Positions 63,290-64,000 of a DNA stretch of 64,000 bases are shown in pieces. The translations under genes and the position numbers were made by a program. The stretch lies in contig NC_058368.1 of NCBI RefSeq assembly GCF_018350175.1, positions 806,001-870,000 of the forward strand. Direction: 5' to 3'. Each line of letters begins with the position of its first letter. Position 1 is the first letter of the stretch. The notes under the pieces are model-generated. The model worked only from the letters and a program-made list of their open reading frames with translations, was not told the origin of the DNA and ran no database searches. This DNA is from Felis catus. Lineage: Eukaryota.

Positions 63290-64000
63290 GGGGCGCCTAG
63301 GTGGCTCAGTTGGTTGAGCATCTGACTTTGGCTCAGGTCATGATCTCACAATTCGTGGGTTCAAGCACTCCATCGAACACGCTGCTATCAATGCAGAGCC
63401 CACTTTGGAACCTCTGTCCCCATCCCCCACGCTGCCCTTTCCCTGCTCCTGCTCACTCTCTCAATAATAAATTTTAAAAAAACATTAAAAAAAATACACC
63501 CAAATAAGTTCCACAACAGTGCTGAGGCTACTCAATGCACTCGACACTCCCTTTGCAATCTCTTTCTATACTCTCAAAACTTATTTTTAAAGTTTATTTA
63601 AGAGAGAGCACACACACGTACACACAGGGGAGGGGCAGAGAGAGGAGAGAGGAAGAGAATCCAAAGCAGACTCCATGATGTCAGTATGGAGCCAGACGCG
63701 GGGCTTGAATCCATGAACCATGAGCTCATAACCTGAACCAAAATCAAGAGTTAAGACACTTAACCGTCTGAGCCACCCAGGTGCCCCTAGACTCTCAAAA
63801 CTTTTTAGCTTTATCTCTGTACACTCTATGCAGATACTCTGCATCTACAATACTCTAATCAAAGAGATGGGGCGCCTGGGTGGCTCAGTCAGTTGACCAA
63901 CTTCGGCTCAGATCATGATCTCACAGTTCTTGAGTTCAAGCCCCGCACAGGGCTCTGTGCTGACAGCTCAGAGTCTGGAGCCTGTTTCAGATTGTGTGTC
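63290..64000. mobile_element. Three CanSINEs: 63290-63495 (+), 63585-63788 (-), 63869-end (+)
   Basis: Heads and tails read directly; the minus copy is flanked by ACTCTCAAAACTT. Confidence 0.9.

Noticed and set aside
1..64000. CRISPR arrays, prokaryotic systems, intact retroviral or transposase genes, promoters
   Set aside because: No spaced repeat array, long ORF or CpG island was seen; both gene promoters lie outside the window.

Overview
Mammalian genomic DNA from a felid: young tRNA-derived CanSINE copies of the cat SINEC_Fc type and carnivore L1 3' ends are present. Two genes converge tail-to-tail. On the + strand are the last six coding exons and 3' UTR of MPHOSPH8 (MPP8, HUSH complex; ankyrin repeats and a C-terminus ending VKLLIGAYRVQLQ*), at 871-13690. 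On the - strand are the last three coding exons of PSPC1 (paraspeckle component 1, ending GPNKRRRY*), at 53784-47773. A distal alternative exon at 18620-18718 (EGERKHG*) and a probable terminal exon near 15325-15464 would extend PSPC1 to within about 1.7 kb of the MPHOSPH8 poly(A) signal. The rest is intron or intergenic DNA with about 45 SINEs, L1/L2/MIR fragments and hAT/Tigger DNA-transposon fossils. Apart from the one containing a PSPC1 exon, the ORFs in the supplied track look like chance or repeat-derived frames. I see no evidence of a wholly new multi-gene system. The most notable details are a tailless U5 snRNA retrocopy cut at loop 1 with perfect target-site duplications, a 163-nt AG-free zone with a distant branch point before the last PSPC1 coding exon, and several candidate unproductive or alternative exons. 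Repeat family names and human comparisons are from recalled consensus sequences, not from a search.
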